Source: an uncultured cyanobacterium (GTDB taxonomy: Bacteria > Cyanobacteriota > Cyanobacteriia > CAKZMO01). From it: 64,000 bases of DNA. The stretch's first letter is position 1, and the number at the start of each line of letters is the position of its first letter. Below the pieces are notes generated by a model. The model was given only the letters and a program-made list of their open reading frames with translations. It had not been told where the DNA came from and ran no database searches. Shown here one piece after another: positions 21,723-33,300 of this stretch. Made by a program: the position numbers and the translations under genes. The DNA is taken from positions 128,001-192,000 of the forward strand of contig CAVRCJ010000014.1 in NCBI GenBank assembly GCA_963719515.1, written 5' to 3'.

Positions 21723-22958
21723 ATGGCAACTTTTCGAGGCTCAAACTTTCGCGACGACATTACGGGAACTAGGTTCGCTGACTCCATTGCTGGCTTTGGG
21801 GGTGATGATGACATTGATGGACGCGAGGGCAACGATCGCCTCTTTGGTGGAGCCGGGGACGATGACATCGATGGGGGCACCGGGGACGATGATATTGATG
21901 GCGGTACCGGGGACGATCATATTGATGGTCAGAAAGGCGACGATATCGTCCTTGGGTTTGACGGGGATGACAAGCTGCTAGGCGGCGATGGGGATGACGT
22001 CATTTACGGCGAAGAGGGCGAAGACTTTCTCGATGGCGAGGATGGTGACGATGAGCTGTTTGGCGGTGACGACGACGATCGCCTCGAGGGGGGTGACGGC
22101 GATGATCTGCTGGAGGGCAACGACGGCGACGATATCCTGGCCGGGGAGGAGGGTAACGATGAGCTCGATGGTAACGATGGCGATGATACCCTCATTGGCG
22201 GCAACGGCGACGATGAGCTGTTTGGCGGTGACGATGGCGATCGCCTCTTCGGCGGGGCGGGTACCGACAGCTTGTTCGGCGACGATGGGGACGATTTTCT
22301 TCGAGGGGACGGCGATAACGACAGTCTAGAAGGCGGCAATGGCGACGACCGTCTGTTGGGCAATGGCGGCAACGACGAGCTATTTGGCGGCGGCGGCAGC
22401 GACGATCTGCGGGGCGGCGGGCAGCAGGATAGTCTTTTTGGGGAGGCCGGGAACGATCGGCTGCGGGGCAATGGCGGGCAGGATGACTTGGACGGCGGCA
22501 GTGGCCGGGACACTCTAGAAGGCGGCGGCGGCAGCGATCGCCTAGAAGGCGGTCTGGGCAACGATAAATTAATTGGCGGCGGCGGCAGCGATGTACTGGT
22601 TGGCGTCGATAGCAGCGTCGGCAGACCGGGCCGGGGGGAGGTGGACGAGCTGACGGGGGGCGGCGGCAGCGATCGCTTTGTTCTAGGCAGCCGCACCGAG
22701 GTCTTTTATGACGATGGCAGGCGGGGTCAAGGCCGACGAGACTATGCCCTAATTAGAGACTTTAACCTCCGACAGGACGTGCTGGTGCTGCGGGGAGCGG
22801 AGGACTATGTGCTGCGCCCGTCTCCTATTAGAGGGGCGAGATCTGGAGACTTGGGCATTTTTATTGACCGGTCGGGCCGCCGTAACGATGAGCTCATTGC
22901 AGTGGTGGAAGGGGCCGGTGGCCTAGATCTTACGGGCCGCGCCACTCAGTTTCAATAG
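21723..22958 (+). CDS. RTX/hemolysin-type calcium-binding protein
   Basis: Long array of GGxGxDxLx nonapeptides; C-terminal DxLTGGGGSDRFVLG...YALIRDFN. Confidence 0.9.
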   Translation: MATFRGSNFRDDITGTRFADSIAGFGGDDDIDGREGNDRLFGGAGDDDIDGGTGDDDIDGGTGDDHIDGQKGDDIVLGFDGDDKLLGGDGDDVIYGEEGEDFLDGEDGDDELFGGDDDDRLEGGDGDDLLEGNDGDDILAGEEGNDELDGNDGDDTLIGGNGDDELFGGDDGDRLFGGAGTDSLFGDDGDDFLRGDGDNDSLEGGNGDDRLLGNGGNDELFGGGGSDDLRGGGQQDSLFGEAGNDRLRGNGGQDDLDGGSGRDTLEGGGGSDRLEGGLGNDKLIGGGGSDVLVGVDSSVGRPGRGEVDELTGGGGSDRFVLGSRTEVFYDDGRRGQGRRDYALIRDFNLRQDVLVLRGAEDYVLRPSPIRGARSGDLGIFIDRSGRRNDELIAVVEGAGGLDLTGRATQFQ

Positions 22959-23241
22959 AAAGCGGTGCCCCACGTCGGTTTCCGGCTCTAGGGAATACAC
23001 ACCAAGACAAACGCTTCGGCCCAGAGCTGAGGCGCTGTTCTGCCTTATGGGAGACGAAGACGCGATCGCGTTTCTCTATAGTACTAAAACTGTAAGAAAC
23101 GATACTTTATTGCAGCCGGTCAAGATCACATTACTCGACTCAGTATACCTAGCCCTTTAGCGGTCTCCAGACCGATTAACTCTGGTTGGGACACAGCAAA
23201 CTTTCATCTTTAACCCACTTTTATAAGGAGGGGATTCCGTT

Positions 23242-23583
23242 ATGGCGACACGTATTTCTAGCTTTTTCCGCTTTTCTGTTAAGCGATTGCTGTTGGCTTT
23301 AGTTGGGGCTGCCATGGTCATGGGCCTGACTCAGTCCGCTGCTTTGGCAGTCAGCATGGCTACTGACGCTGACATGACGACGTCAGCCGCGCAGGAAAGC
23401 CTGGCTCAGAAGAGGCAAGAGCGGCAGGCTTGGCAGAGCAAGGCCTCAGCGTCTCGCAACGTGGATGACAATGTCGATTCTGTTGAAGAGATCGTTGACG
23501 ACCGTCTCAATCTCGACGAGATTATTGAGGAAAATCAAATCGTGGAAGGGGTTAAGAACCTATTTGATGCGGACAAGAAATAG
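23242..23583 (+). CDS. Secreted hypothetical protein
   Basis: Strong RBS (aaggagg), signal peptide, acidic helical C-terminus. Confidence 0.7.
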   Translation: MATRISSFFRFSVKRLLLALVGAAMVMGLTQSAALAVSMATDADMTTSAAQESLAQKRQERQAWQSKASASRNVDDNVDSVEEIVDDRLNLDEIIEENQIVEGVKNLFDADKK

Positions 23584-23642
23584 CTAGCAGGTTTGCTTCG
23601 GATTCAATCTTTCGGCTCCGTCACTCTTAACCTGATATAGCG

Positions 23643-24034
23643 GTGACATCCTCCCGACGCTGACAGCAAGCTGTACAGCGCGGGCTTCCTCAGTGACTCC
23701 CAGCTATTGCCGAGACATATCCTGAGATAGGTTTATACTCCGCCTGATGCCCCACGGCAGAGTTTTGAATTTTCATCTCCGCGAGGGAGGATACGCACTA
23801 TGTGTCGCAGATACATTTGCAAACTGAGGAACGGGTGACTTGCAGCTTTCGCCTACGGGCCCGTCACACTCTTTGCGGGGTGTATCACCTTGCTATCTCT
23901 ATCATACCAACTGCTAGCCTCAGCGCTGAGCGCACTATCCGCTGTGCATCATTTTGCGGGCGCACTTCGGCTAGCGCGACTCTCATCCCGACGCTCACCC
24001 TGACGGGTAGAGCGCGGGGCTTCCTGTCTAGTAG
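23643..24034 (-). mobile_element. Non-autonomous IS200/IS605-type mini-element, family A, copy 1 (392 bp)
   Basis: Reverse complement of 48388-48779 apart from two substitutions I could see near the left end. Preceded by TTTAG and ending in TCAC on the minus strand; subterminal hairpins cccgcgct...agcgtcggg are shared with the tnpB element. Confidence 0.88.
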
Positions 24035-24036
24035 CT

Positions 24037-24073
24037 AAAAGAGCGATCGCTTTACGGAGGCGATCGCTCTTTT
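24037..24073. terminator. Hairpin built from two HIP1 sites, probable intrinsic terminator
   Basis: aaaagagcgatcgc-tttacggag-gcgatcgctctttt. Confidence 0.6.
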
Positions 24074-24170
24074 GCGTGAAAAACGCCGCACATTCGCTGC
24101 GCGAGCGCCGCATTAAGTTATGGGACTAAGCCGTAAGACTCTTTTGGGCCTTTGATAGGATAAGAGCCAC

Positions 24171-26033
24171 TTGAGTTCACCTCTCTCCATGGTCAATAGT
24201 CCCCATCAGCCCAAGCCGTCGCAGGTAGCTGACTCAGCCTCAGATAGCGCTGGTCTTCTTGACCCCGCCGACGACCTAGAAACTCTCATCCGGCAAACCC
24301 TCACTCGCATCCGCAATAAGCAGCTTACGCTGCAGGAGCAAGACTACACCCACCGTCAGATCCACCAGCGGCTCAAGCAACTCGTTCAGCAGGTGACGCA
24401 GCTTGAGCAACACCTTCAGCAGATCGATTTAGCGGCGTTGGGGCTGCAAATCTATAGCGAAGATTTAGCGGAGATTCGCAATCTCACGGCCCATATTGAA
24501 GTGGCGCAGCGCCGACCGAATGATGGAAGTGCACCAGAGGGCGGAAACACAAAGATCGCGTCGCTCAATCTGCAAAATGCCTTTGAGCTGCTGCGCCGTC
24601 TCCTTGATGACATGCAGGCGGATGTGCAGCGGTCCAAAGCGGCCCCCATTTTATCAGCATCAGCGGCCCAAGCTGCTGACAGCCTAGGTGAGCCACTGCA
24701 GATGCTGCAGCTTACCCTCGGTCAGCAGCGACAGCACCTTACCAATAGCTTTTTGGGTAAGGTGCTGCGGAGTGCCATTGCTAAGCGGCTCAACCGGCTA
24801 GCGGGGCTGCTGCATCGCATCGATGCCCTGAGCTATAGGCAACGACGCGATCGCCAGCAGCTGCGGGCCTTAGTCCACCAGATTGACCAGGCGGTTGATC
24901 GCCTCGACTACCGCGAAGCTTCGGCCCCCGACCTTTTAGAGGAGACCGAAGTTTTTGTAGAGCGCCGTATCCATGCCTACGAATATCCCTGGGGTTTGGG
25001 GTGGTTTGTCAACCGTCTCCACGACATCACCCGCTCGCGATCGCCTCAAGCGCGGGTACTGGCAGGGCTATCGACGTCATTATCGGTCTCGCTGGTCATA
25101 TTTCTGGCGTCGTTTGGCGCGTTTTCTTTGATTAGCCGCAGCCTCGAATCCAATGTGCTCACTAGCCTTCGCCTGCGGGAGGAGCGCAATGAGAAGCTGC
25201 AAACGCTCTCGCAGCAGATGCGGCTGCTTCGCAACAAGGAAAAAGAGCGCGCCGCCAATCAAGTGTCTTTGGAGAACCTCCAAACGCCAAGTTCTCAACC
25301 GGTTTCTCCAGGTTCTAATGAGGCAGGCTCAACCAACCCGGCTGCAGTAGACCCAACGACAGCGGCCCCAGCGGCCCCAACGAATGCACTGCCGGGCGAC
25401 GCTGACTTGAGCCCAACCCTTGACATAGCCGAACCCATTACCCCCGATTCGACGCGAGGCGTGCTTCTCGAAACCGATCAGGCGCTAACTTCAGAGATTC
25501 AGGGGCTACGCACCACTGTCGATACTCAGCTCGACGAAATTAGTGCCCTGAACGTGCAGATTGAAGAGGCACGTCAGACAGAGACTAGCATCAGCTCAAG
25601 TCGCGCTAGTGAGGAGCAGTCCCTTAGAAATCTTTACAGCTGGCTCAACAACCAACAGATGATCAATCACCTGAATCGCCTGATTCTGGCGGCTTTTGCC
25701 GGGGCGCTAGGCAGCATGATGAGCATTTTGATTCGTCTAGACAAGCTCGACGATGATAATTTGAACAATCCCTTTGCTTTGGGGTTCCTCAAGCCGTTTA
25801 TCGGCGCTGTGTTTGGCGTGATTGTCTTTGCGGTGCTCAGTACAAAAGTGGTGGATATTCTACCGGCTGGCTTCAACATCCACGAAGATGAGCCGGTAGG
25901 CGCTGTGGGTCAGCCTCAGCGCGATCCCTTAGGAGATATCGACTCTCAGGAGATTTATAAGATATTTGTGGCTGCTTTCATCGCGGGATTCAGTGAACGG
26001 CTGGCCAACGACACGCTGCGATCGTTCAAGTAA
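24171..26033 (+). CDS. Hypothetical membrane protein (coiled coils plus a C-terminal TM module)
   Basis: 620 aa; C-terminal AFAGALGSMMSIL, KPFIGAVFG, FIAGFSERLA. Confidence 0.75.
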   Translation: MSSPLSMVNSPHQPKPSQVADSASDSAGLLDPADDLETLIRQTLTRIRNKQLTLQEQDYTHRQIHQRLKQLVQQVTQLEQHLQQIDLAALGLQIYSEDLAEIRNLTAHIEVAQRRPNDGSAPEGGNTKIASLNLQNAFELLRRLLDDMQADVQRSKAAPILSASAAQAADSLGEPLQMLQLTLGQQRQHLTNSFLGKVLRSAIAKRLNRLAGLLHRIDALSYRQRRDRQQLRALVHQIDQAVDRLDYREASAPDLLEETEVFVERRIHAYEYPWGLGWFVNRLHDITRSRSPQARVLAGLSTSLSVSLVIFLASFGAFSLISRSLESNVLTSLRLREERNEKLQTLSQQMRLLRNKEKERAANQVSLENLQTPSSQPVSPGSNEAGSTNPAAVDPTTAAPAAPTNALPGDADLSPTLDIAEPITPDSTRGVLLETDQALTSEIQGLRTTVDTQLDEISALNVQIEEARQTETSISSSRASEEQSLRNLYSWLNNQQMINHLNRLILAAFAGALGSMMSILIRLDKLDDDNLNNPFALGFLKPFIGAVFGVIVFAVLSTKVVDILPAGFNIHEDEPVGAVGQPQRDPLGDIDSQEIYKIFVAAFIAGFSERLANDTLRSFK

Positions 26034-26211
26034 ATGCTCTGTGGCCTCTGCGCCTCTTAGGTGAAGCTGACGCGGCTGTTTCCCACAATAACATCCGTCT
26101 CCCTTAAGGCTTTTGGTCTATCATGTAAGCCGGCGATCGCGCCAATTATTAAAGAGAGGTGGTCCCAGCTGCGCCTCTAACTTACCGCCCAGCCATCACT
26201 TCACTGCGACC

Positions 26212-27279
26212 ATGTCTCCTACCGCTACAGGCACACCCGCTCCGGCCCCTACCGCTATAGATAGCGCGCGCCCCCTACTGGGCTGTTCGCTAGATGAACT
26301 GACTCAGTGGGTAGTGCAGCAGGGACAGCCCGCCTATCGAGGTAAGCAGCTTCATCAATGGATCTACGGTAAAAGCGTTCGCTCACTGGACGAGATTACC
26401 GTGTTCTCAAAGCAGTGGCGGGAAGCGATCGCGGCGGTGCCCGTGGGGCGATCGCAGCGGCATCACCAAGCGGAGGCTCCTGACGGGACAGTTAAATATC
26501 TGCTGAGGCTTGATGACGATCAAATTATTGAGGCCGTCGGCATTCCCAGCGGCAAGCGGCTTACGGTATGCGTTTCGTCTCAGGTGGGATGCCCCATGGC
26601 CTGCGACTTTTGCGCCACCGGCAAAGGGGGCTTCACCCGTAACCTAGAGCCCCACGAAATTATTGACCAAGTGCTGACGGTACAAGACGATTTTGGTCAG
26701 CGGGTCAGCAACGTTGTGTTTATGGGGATGGGGGAGCCGCTGCTCAACGTCGACAGCGTTCTAGCCGCTGTGCGATCGCTCAATCAAGACGTAGGCATAG
26801 GCCAGCGGAACATCACCGTTTCCACCGTGGGCATTCCTGGTCAGATCACCAAGCTTGCCCAGCACCGGCTCCAGGTCACCCTCGCCGTCAGCCTTCACGC
26901 CTCTAACCAAACTATTCGAGAGCAGCTGATCCCCAGTGCCGGCGGCTACGATATCGCGCAGATTTTGGCAGAGTGCCGCGATTACGTAGCGCGAACGGGG
27001 CGACGGGTCACTTTTGAGTACATTGTTCTGGCTGGGCTCAACGATTCCCCGCAGCATGCAGCAGAGCTAGCCCATCATCTGCGGGGCTTTCAAAGTCACG
27101 TCAACCTAATTCCCTACAATCCTATTGCTGAAGTAGACTACAAGCGCCCTACACCCTCTCAAGTGCAGGACTTTGAGGCGGCGCTCAAGCAATATCACGT
27201 GGCGGTCAGCGTTCGCCAATCTCGCGGGTTGATGGAGGATGCGGCCTGCGGTCAGCTGCGGGCTTCCCGCTTGGAGTAG
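26212..27279 (+). CDS. rlmN: 23S rRNA (A2503) C2-methyltransferase RlmN
   Basis: [18 protein letters not shown] radical-SAM motif, FMGMGEP, SLHA, VNLIPYN, AACGQL. Confidence 0.96.
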   Translation: MSPTATGTPAPAPTAIDSARPLLGCSLDELTQWVVQQGQPAYRGKQLHQWIYGKSVRSLDEITVFSKQWREAIAAVPVGRSQRHHQAEAPDGTVKYLLRLDDDQIIEAVGIPSGKRLTVCVSSQVGCPMACDFCATGKGGFTRNLEPHEIIDQVLTVQDDFGQRVSNVVFMGMGEPLLNVDSVLAAVRSLNQDVGIGQRNITVSTVGIPGQITKLAQHRLQVTLAVSLHASNQTIREQLIPSAGGYDIAQILAECRDYVARTGRRVTFEYIVLAGLNDSPQHAAELAHHLRGFQSHVNLIPYNPIAEVDYKRPTPSQVQDFEAALKQYHVAVSVRQSRGLMEDAACGQLRASRLE

Positions 27280-27284
27280 CTACA

Positions 27285-27473
27285 CTAAAGCGCAGGAATG
27301 CCTGGCGCGTAGGCCTCAATTACTTTTCCGGTTCTAGCGCAGGTCACCATGAGGTAGTCGCAGCCGTGACACTGGGTCCTCGTTAAAGCGTCTTCCACTA
27401 GATGGTGGCGCTCGGCGAGACGTCCACAGTTTGGGCAGCGAATCGCCTGTACTGTATTTTGAATTGTCAGCAT
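27285..27473 (-). CDS. Small zinc-ribbon protein
   Basis: CPNCG...CHGCDYLMVTC..TGKVIEAYAPG; start taken at ATG 27473. Confidence 0.75.
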   Translation of the reverse strand: MLTIQNTVQAIRCPNCGRLAERHHLVEDALTRTQCHGCDYLMVTCARTGKVIEAYAPGIPAL

Positions 27474-28138
27474 GAGTTTAGTTTTGTTAAAAGCAGTTTT
27501 GATCGGTAGAGCTGCCCCTTTATCCTTGACGCCAGCAAAATTCGCTGAGATTGCCCTATCAAAAGAGAGCAGTTGAAAATTCAATTCTAAAGCGAAAAAT
27601 TGATTGACTACTGACAGGAAATCGAAATTCGTAACATTACTAAATTTCGCTCTGTATTACTTCATTATTGCAACATAAGTTCAAGCTGACAACTCACCCA
27701 ACAGGCGATTTTTTTAAAGGATGCCTTGTATATTGGGCGATCCCCGCTTCTCGGTGGGTCGAGTGCTGAACGGTCAGACCGCGCAGCTGAGTTTCCTATC
27801 CGGCAGGAAACTAACAGCGGGGTGACGGGGATCACTCCATCAATGTGCTAGCGCTACGAGCTTTTGAGCAGTGGTGAATCTTGAAAAGATAGGCCTGTGT
27901 GAATGCGCAGAGTACTCAAAAGAAAATAAAAATATTTGCGTCTATGGCGGCTGTAAAACAGGCGTAGGGTCCTCCTCTTTTGTAGCGCGATCGCCATAGC
28001 GTCATCAAATCAAGACAAAGTCACTCCCTCAAAAATTCAGACGGTAGTGAAAGAGGCTTGACTTTCAACCAAACATATCTGCTAACCTGCTTCTAGGTTG
28101 GTTCTCACCAACGCCAAATCTAACCTCCCACGATTGCC

Positions 28139-28402
28139 GTGAGTACCAGACGCCTGCCCGAAACAACCGCCCACGTCAGAGTCACCCGTCAATCCTGGAC
28201 CCAAGGCAACCTTGAAGGCGAAGTCCGCGCTGGCGAATATCAATGGACATTTGAATGGACCTTCCGAGGGGGAAGGCTGTCTGTTCAGCCGGCTTTGGGT
28301 CGAGCGCTGATCAAAGACCCCCTAGGGCGTTTCCTAGAGCGGTCTGACTATCAGCTTGAGCCAGGGGGCAACTACACGTTCAAGATCCGGGCAAAGCTAT
28401 AG
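28139..28402 (+). CDS. DUF3146 family protein
   Basis: LPETTAHVRVTRQSW...LGRALIKDPLGRFLE..DYQLEPGG.Y.F.IRA. Confidence 0.8.
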   Translation: MSTRRLPETTAHVRVTRQSWTQGNLEGEVRAGEYQWTFEWTFRGGRLSVQPALGRALIKDPLGRFLERSDYQLEPGGNYTFKIRAKL

Positions 28403-28469
28403 CAGAATAGGGCTTGCCGGGGCGTCGCTCGGACAGTGGGCAACAGCTAAAAACCAGCCCAGCGGCTGA

Positions 28470-30140
28470 TTAGGAGACAGACCCGGAGGGCCAACACTCC
28501 CCTAGCACCCGAAAGCGGATGTGGTTGACGGCCAAATCTCCGATTGAGGCCTCTTCTGGCTTATCGGTGGCCTTAATCTTCTCAAAGGAGATGCCCTTGC
28601 CAATTTCGATGTGGTACCACGCTAGGCCCATAAAGAAGCGGGTGGGATAGGGCCCACTTTCCTGAACGTCATCCACGTTGGACTCCATCGGCAGCCAGCC
28701 GATCCCGGACACGTAAAATTCAATCCAGACGTGATTGAACTCCGGCTCTAAAGGAACGCCCTGCAGCTCGGGGTGAGCAGGGCACTTATAGCGGCCAATG
28801 GTGCGGCAGGGGATGCCGCTGAGCCGCGCCAGCGCCAAAATAACGCCGACGTACTCGCCGCAGGAGCCCACGCCCCGCTCTAGGGCCACGTCAGGGGTAT
28901 CAATGTGGGGCTTAATGCCGTAGGAAAGGCGATCGTAGACGTAGTTGCGGATGCGCAGCATTTTCCGCAGCACATTCGTCTCAGTGCCAACAGCCGCTTT
29001 TGCCGCCTCCAGAATGATTGGAGAGTCCATGGCCAAATCGTCGTTGTCGATCAGGTAATCTTGCAGTGAGGCCGGCGGGGCCGCATCGGCGACCGCCTCC
29101 AGCATAGACGGAGTGATTTGATATTTGATGCTGTAGGTTTCTAAGGTAGCCCGCCAGCCAAAAATGTGCCGCTCGTTGGGCTTCAAGCTGGGAAACTTGA
29201 ACACTGCCACCCGCTGGCCGTTTTTCACTTCTTCAGTGAAGGGCAGGCCAATTGGCTCCACGGCCACAACCTTCTGACGCTGAGTTTCAGAGGGTAGGGC
29301 AATGCGCCATTCTAGGTTCGTTAGGGTCAGCTCCTCAAGGGGCAGCAGCTCCTCCACGTAGGACATTTCTATCTGGTAGCCGTTGGACAGAGTAGCGTGG
29401 CTGTCGGGGCTGCGGTGGAAGTTGAGGGGATGAATAAAGGTGCGATCGCGAAAGGTCAGCTGGTGGGGGTTCTCTGAGTTGGGGTCGTCGCGAATGTAGG
29501 GTTCCTCAAGCGCGTAGGCGATGTAGCAGCGTTCTTGCCCAGTTTCATCTGTGTGAAACGTAATGCCTGAGGGGGAGGTGATAGGGGTCAGTAGGCTAAA
29601 GCGAATTTCGCCAGTAGCCCGGTCCATGCAGTAAACGGTTTGCTCACTTTGATCACACACCCACAGCTCGTCTCCACGCACCGCTAATGTCTCGATGCCG
29701 ATGCCCGGCGCTGGAAACCGCGTCACCAGGTCAGCGCCATCGCGGGCAAACACCTGAATGTAGCCGTATTTTTGGCAGGCCACATAAACCACCGACTCAG
29801 TGGCGGCGACACCGTTGGTGAGGTAGGGCAACCGGGCAAAAGGTTCAGACGGGGAATCAAGTAGGCGATTGGACGCCGGATCAAACCGACAGTGAAATAT
29901 ATTGTGTCCTCTGGCATACCAAAGCTGGTCCTCATACACCGCTAGTCCGACGCCATCTAGATAGGCCTCTGTATGGTGAGGGTTGAGGATACGAGTATTG
30001 TCGGTAGCCGGGTCTACCTGTAGGAGGTACCCCCGCACCGCATCCAGCGCCAAAAGCCCGCTAGCAGAGGACGCCAACCCATGGATTGCATACGCCCCAA
30101 TGGGCCGAATGGTTCGATAGTCGAGATCAACAGAGGTCAT
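28470..30140 (-). CDS. Transglutaminase-like domain protein with an N-terminal propeller-like region
   Basis: GSCGEY (Cys), FNHVWIEFY (His), GWLPME. Confidence 0.85.
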   Translation of the reverse strand: MTSVDLDYRTIRPIGAYAIHGLASSASGLLALDAVRGYLLQVDPATDNTRILNPHHTEAYLDGVGLAVYEDQLWYARGHNIFHCRFDPASNRLLDSPSEPFARLPYLTNGVAATESVVYVACQKYGYIQVFARDGADLVTRFPAPGIGIETLAVRGDELWVCDQSEQTVYCMDRATGEIRFSLLTPITSPSGITFHTDETGQERCYIAYALEEPYIRDDPNSENPHQLTFRDRTFIHPLNFHRSPDSHATLSNGYQIEMSYVEELLPLEELTLTNLEWRIALPSETQRQKVVAVEPIGLPFTEEVKNGQRVAVFKFPSLKPNERHIFGWRATLETYSIKYQITPSMLEAVADAAPPASLQDYLIDNDDLAMDSPIILEAAKAAVGTETNVLRKMLRIRNYVYDRLSYGIKPHIDTPDVALERGVGSCGEYVGVILALARLSGIPCRTIGRYKCPAHPELQGVPLEPEFNHVWIEFYVSGIGWLPMESNVDDVQESGPYPTRFFMGLAWYHIEIGKGISFEKIKATDKPEEASIGDLAVNHIRFRVLGECWPSGSVS

Positions 30141-30350
30141 GGAATTGTTGAGGGGTGATGGCTGAGGCCAAGGAGCTAGATTATTTTATCGGACCTGTGG
30201 GGTTTCCCCTGTGCTGGTTCTGTAACAAACAATCCTGCTTAGGATGTTCCAAGGGTCATTCCTTTGAAAGATGCTTTCCCTACCACCACCTCGGGATACT
30301 GCAATGGCGATCGCCATCACTAGATCAGATAGCCTCCAGGAGAATCAAAA

Positions 30351-33300
30351 ATGACACCCACACCCTTAGCAGCAGTCGGGGCACTCGCCTCATCACTGCC
30401 CGCTGCTGCGAATTTTGCTTCCGTTTTGGCGCAGATTCCAGATCCCATAATTGAGACACCCGAGGAAGCGGCCCTAGTGTTTAGCGGCCCTCATTTCTTT
30501 ATCGCCCTAGTTGCTGGGATTGTGCTGGCCTTCGCCTTTCAGTTTCTGTTGACCAACCTCGGCGTGGCCGCCGGAATTTCCCTTGCCGGTGGCTCATCCG
30601 ATAGCGATTCTGGAAGCAGCTCTAGCGACGATGCCGACAGCATGGGTGAAACCATCAGCAAAATAGGCTTCGCGGTCGGCATCACCACGTTGATTACTGT
30701 GGTGATTTCTCTTTTTTGCGCAACTTGGCTGGCGGTACGTCTCAGCCTGCTAACTTTGCCCGGCATGGGGGCAATTGTGGGTTTGGTCATCTGGGCAGCC
30801 TACTTCTCGCTGCTGCTGTGGATTAGCTCGACCACTGTAGGGTCACTCATTGGCTCCGTCGTGAACACCGCCACCTCCGGCGTTCAGTCCATATTTGGCG
30901 CAGCAACCTCTGTGTTTCAAACCAACCTCAACGACGGTATGGTAGCCACCGCTGAAGCGGCGGCAGCGGCGGTGCGCCGCGAATTGACCTCCAGTGTTGA
31001 CTCCGACCAAGTGCAGGAGCAGCTTGAGGATTATCTGACCAGCTTGCGATCGCCCGAGCTCGACATGGCTGGCCTGCGGGCGGAGTTTGAAAGCATGATT
31101 GACGAATCGGGAATTGCCCAGAGCACTGAGGGAGAAGCCCTACCTCAGCTGGAGCGAAGCGACTTTATCAAGCTGGTGGACGACCGCACGGACCTGTCGA
31201 ACCGCGATCGCGATCGCATCGCCGACCAGCTCTACGCCGTGTGGAACCGCCGCGCTAGCCGCTATCGGGGTCAGCAGTCTAGCTCACGGCTATCGGACTA
31301 CCTACAGCAGGCCACCGCTGACCAGCTCACTGGCTCTGAGTTTAAGCAAAAGCTCGATCAGCTGATTGGCGCCGTTCAAAACGACGGCTCGAGGCAGCAA
31401 TCTGGTCAACAGTCTGGTCAGCGATCTGGCAATAGTGGCCTCAAAACAGCCATGACTCAGACGGTATCGTCCACCCTCAACAGCATGATGGGCATTGTCA
31501 TGGGTCGGACGGACCTTTCGGATATAGACGTTGAGTCGGTTGTCAGTCAGCTGAAGTCTGCTCAGTCCCAGGCTGCTGAGCAGGTTGGCGCTGTAGCTAG
31601 TAATGACGATACCTACAATACGATTCGAGAAGACGCCAAAGCTTACCTGTTCAATACCTATCACTGGCGGATGTCGACAGACCGTATGGCCCGGGAGTTT
31701 CGCGACATTATCTACGACCCCAACGCCGATCCCTCGACCGTGTCATATCAGCTTGACCATATCAGCCGCTCGGACTTCGCGGACTGGCTGGGAGAGCGAG
31801 GGGTGTTTACCCAAGGAGAAATTAAAAAGCGGGCCGATGTCTTAGAGAGCATTCGGATAGAAGCCCTATCGGCGGCAGCGGCAGCGATGGAGCGAGAGCA
31901 GGTGATTGACCTGCTGGCGGAGGTCGAGGCGTATCTGCTCAAAACGCCGACAGATGACCTTACACCTGAGAAGATTCAGCTTAGCTTCAAGCCCATTTTA
32001 CGGGACAGTGACGCTAGCGATGCCCAGCTCAGCGCGCGCCTGTCCCGCCTCGACCGCACCTATTTTGATCGGGTGCTGACCCAGCGCAAAGACGTGACTG
32101 AAACCGAAATCGGCTTCATTGTCATGCAGCTGGAAAAGGCCCGCAACGAGGTGCTGGAAGAAGCGGCCAATACCCAAAAAGCAGTTCAGTCCAAGGCCAC
32201 GGACCAATGGGACCGCATCAAGGCGTTTCTCAGGGAGACAGATCGCCACGAGCTAAACCCCGATGCCTTAGAGCGGGAGCTGTCTGTCCTGCTGGATGAC
32301 CCTCAGGCTGGACTGGCCGCCCTGAAGACGCGGGCGTCTCAGTTCAATCGAGATACCCTGGTGCAGGTGCTCAACCAGCGCCAAGACTTGAGCGAAGATG
32401 AGATCAACCTCACAATTGACCAGGTAGAGCGCCGCTGGCAGCGGATTCGCTACGCGCCTAAGCAGCTGATGGGAGAGGCCCAAGCTCAGTATGACCAGGC
32501 AATGTCGGCATTGACCGACTACCTGCGACGCACCGATCGCGACGAGCTCAACCCTAAGGGCATTCGCCAGGATCTACAGCTGCTATTTGACAACCCTGAA
32601 CTGGGGCTGAAAGCCTTCCGGGCAAGGCTGTCTGAGGTGGATCGCGGCACGCTGGTGGCGCTGCTGGCCCAGCGCAAAGACCTCAGTGAGGCTGAAGCTA
32701 ACCGGATTATCAACGATGTCACCGTGACCCTACGGGATATTGCCCGCGCCCCGCGCCGGATAGCCCGCCGCACCCAGCTCCAGGTGCAGGACTTTCAGAC
32801 GACGGTGGAAGAGTACCTGCGCTCCACCCAAAAAGAGGAGCTTAACCCAGAGGGCATTAAGCGCGACGTGACGCTGCTGCTCAATGAGCCCCAAGCCGGA
32901 ATGAGTAGCCTTGGCGATCGCCTGGCCCATTTTGATCGCACCACCGTGGCGGCCCTACTGGCCCAGCGGGAGGATATGACCCGCGAGGAAGCTGACCAGG
33001 TGGTCGACCAGGTGATGTCGGTGAAAGACGAGCTGGCCTACCAGGTGCAGCTGATCCAAGAGCGCATCGGCTCTATGGTGAACCGACTGCTGGCTCAGGT
33101 GCGCAGCTACCTCGACTCCCTGGATCGTCCAGAGCTGGAGTACGACGGGGTGAAGCGCGACGTGCGGACCCTGTTCGATGACCCTAACGCTGGCTTTGAC
33201 GCTCTAAGGGCGCGGCTAGGTCGGTTCAATCGTGACACCCTGGTGGCGATCGCCAGCTCTAACGATCGCATCTCGGAGGCGGACGCTAACCGGGTAATCG

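Noticed and set aside
21800..22680. CRISPR-like periodic repeats
   Set aside because: The 27-bp periodicity is degenerate RTX nonapeptide coding sequence. There are no identical repeats with unique spacers and no cas genes in the window.
23802..24038. 78-aa ORF MSQIHLQTEE..., duplicated at 48384-48620
   Set aside because: It lies antisense to the mini-element's promoter, ends at a stop in the target flank and has no HUH/Y1 motif. The duplication only reflects the repeated element.
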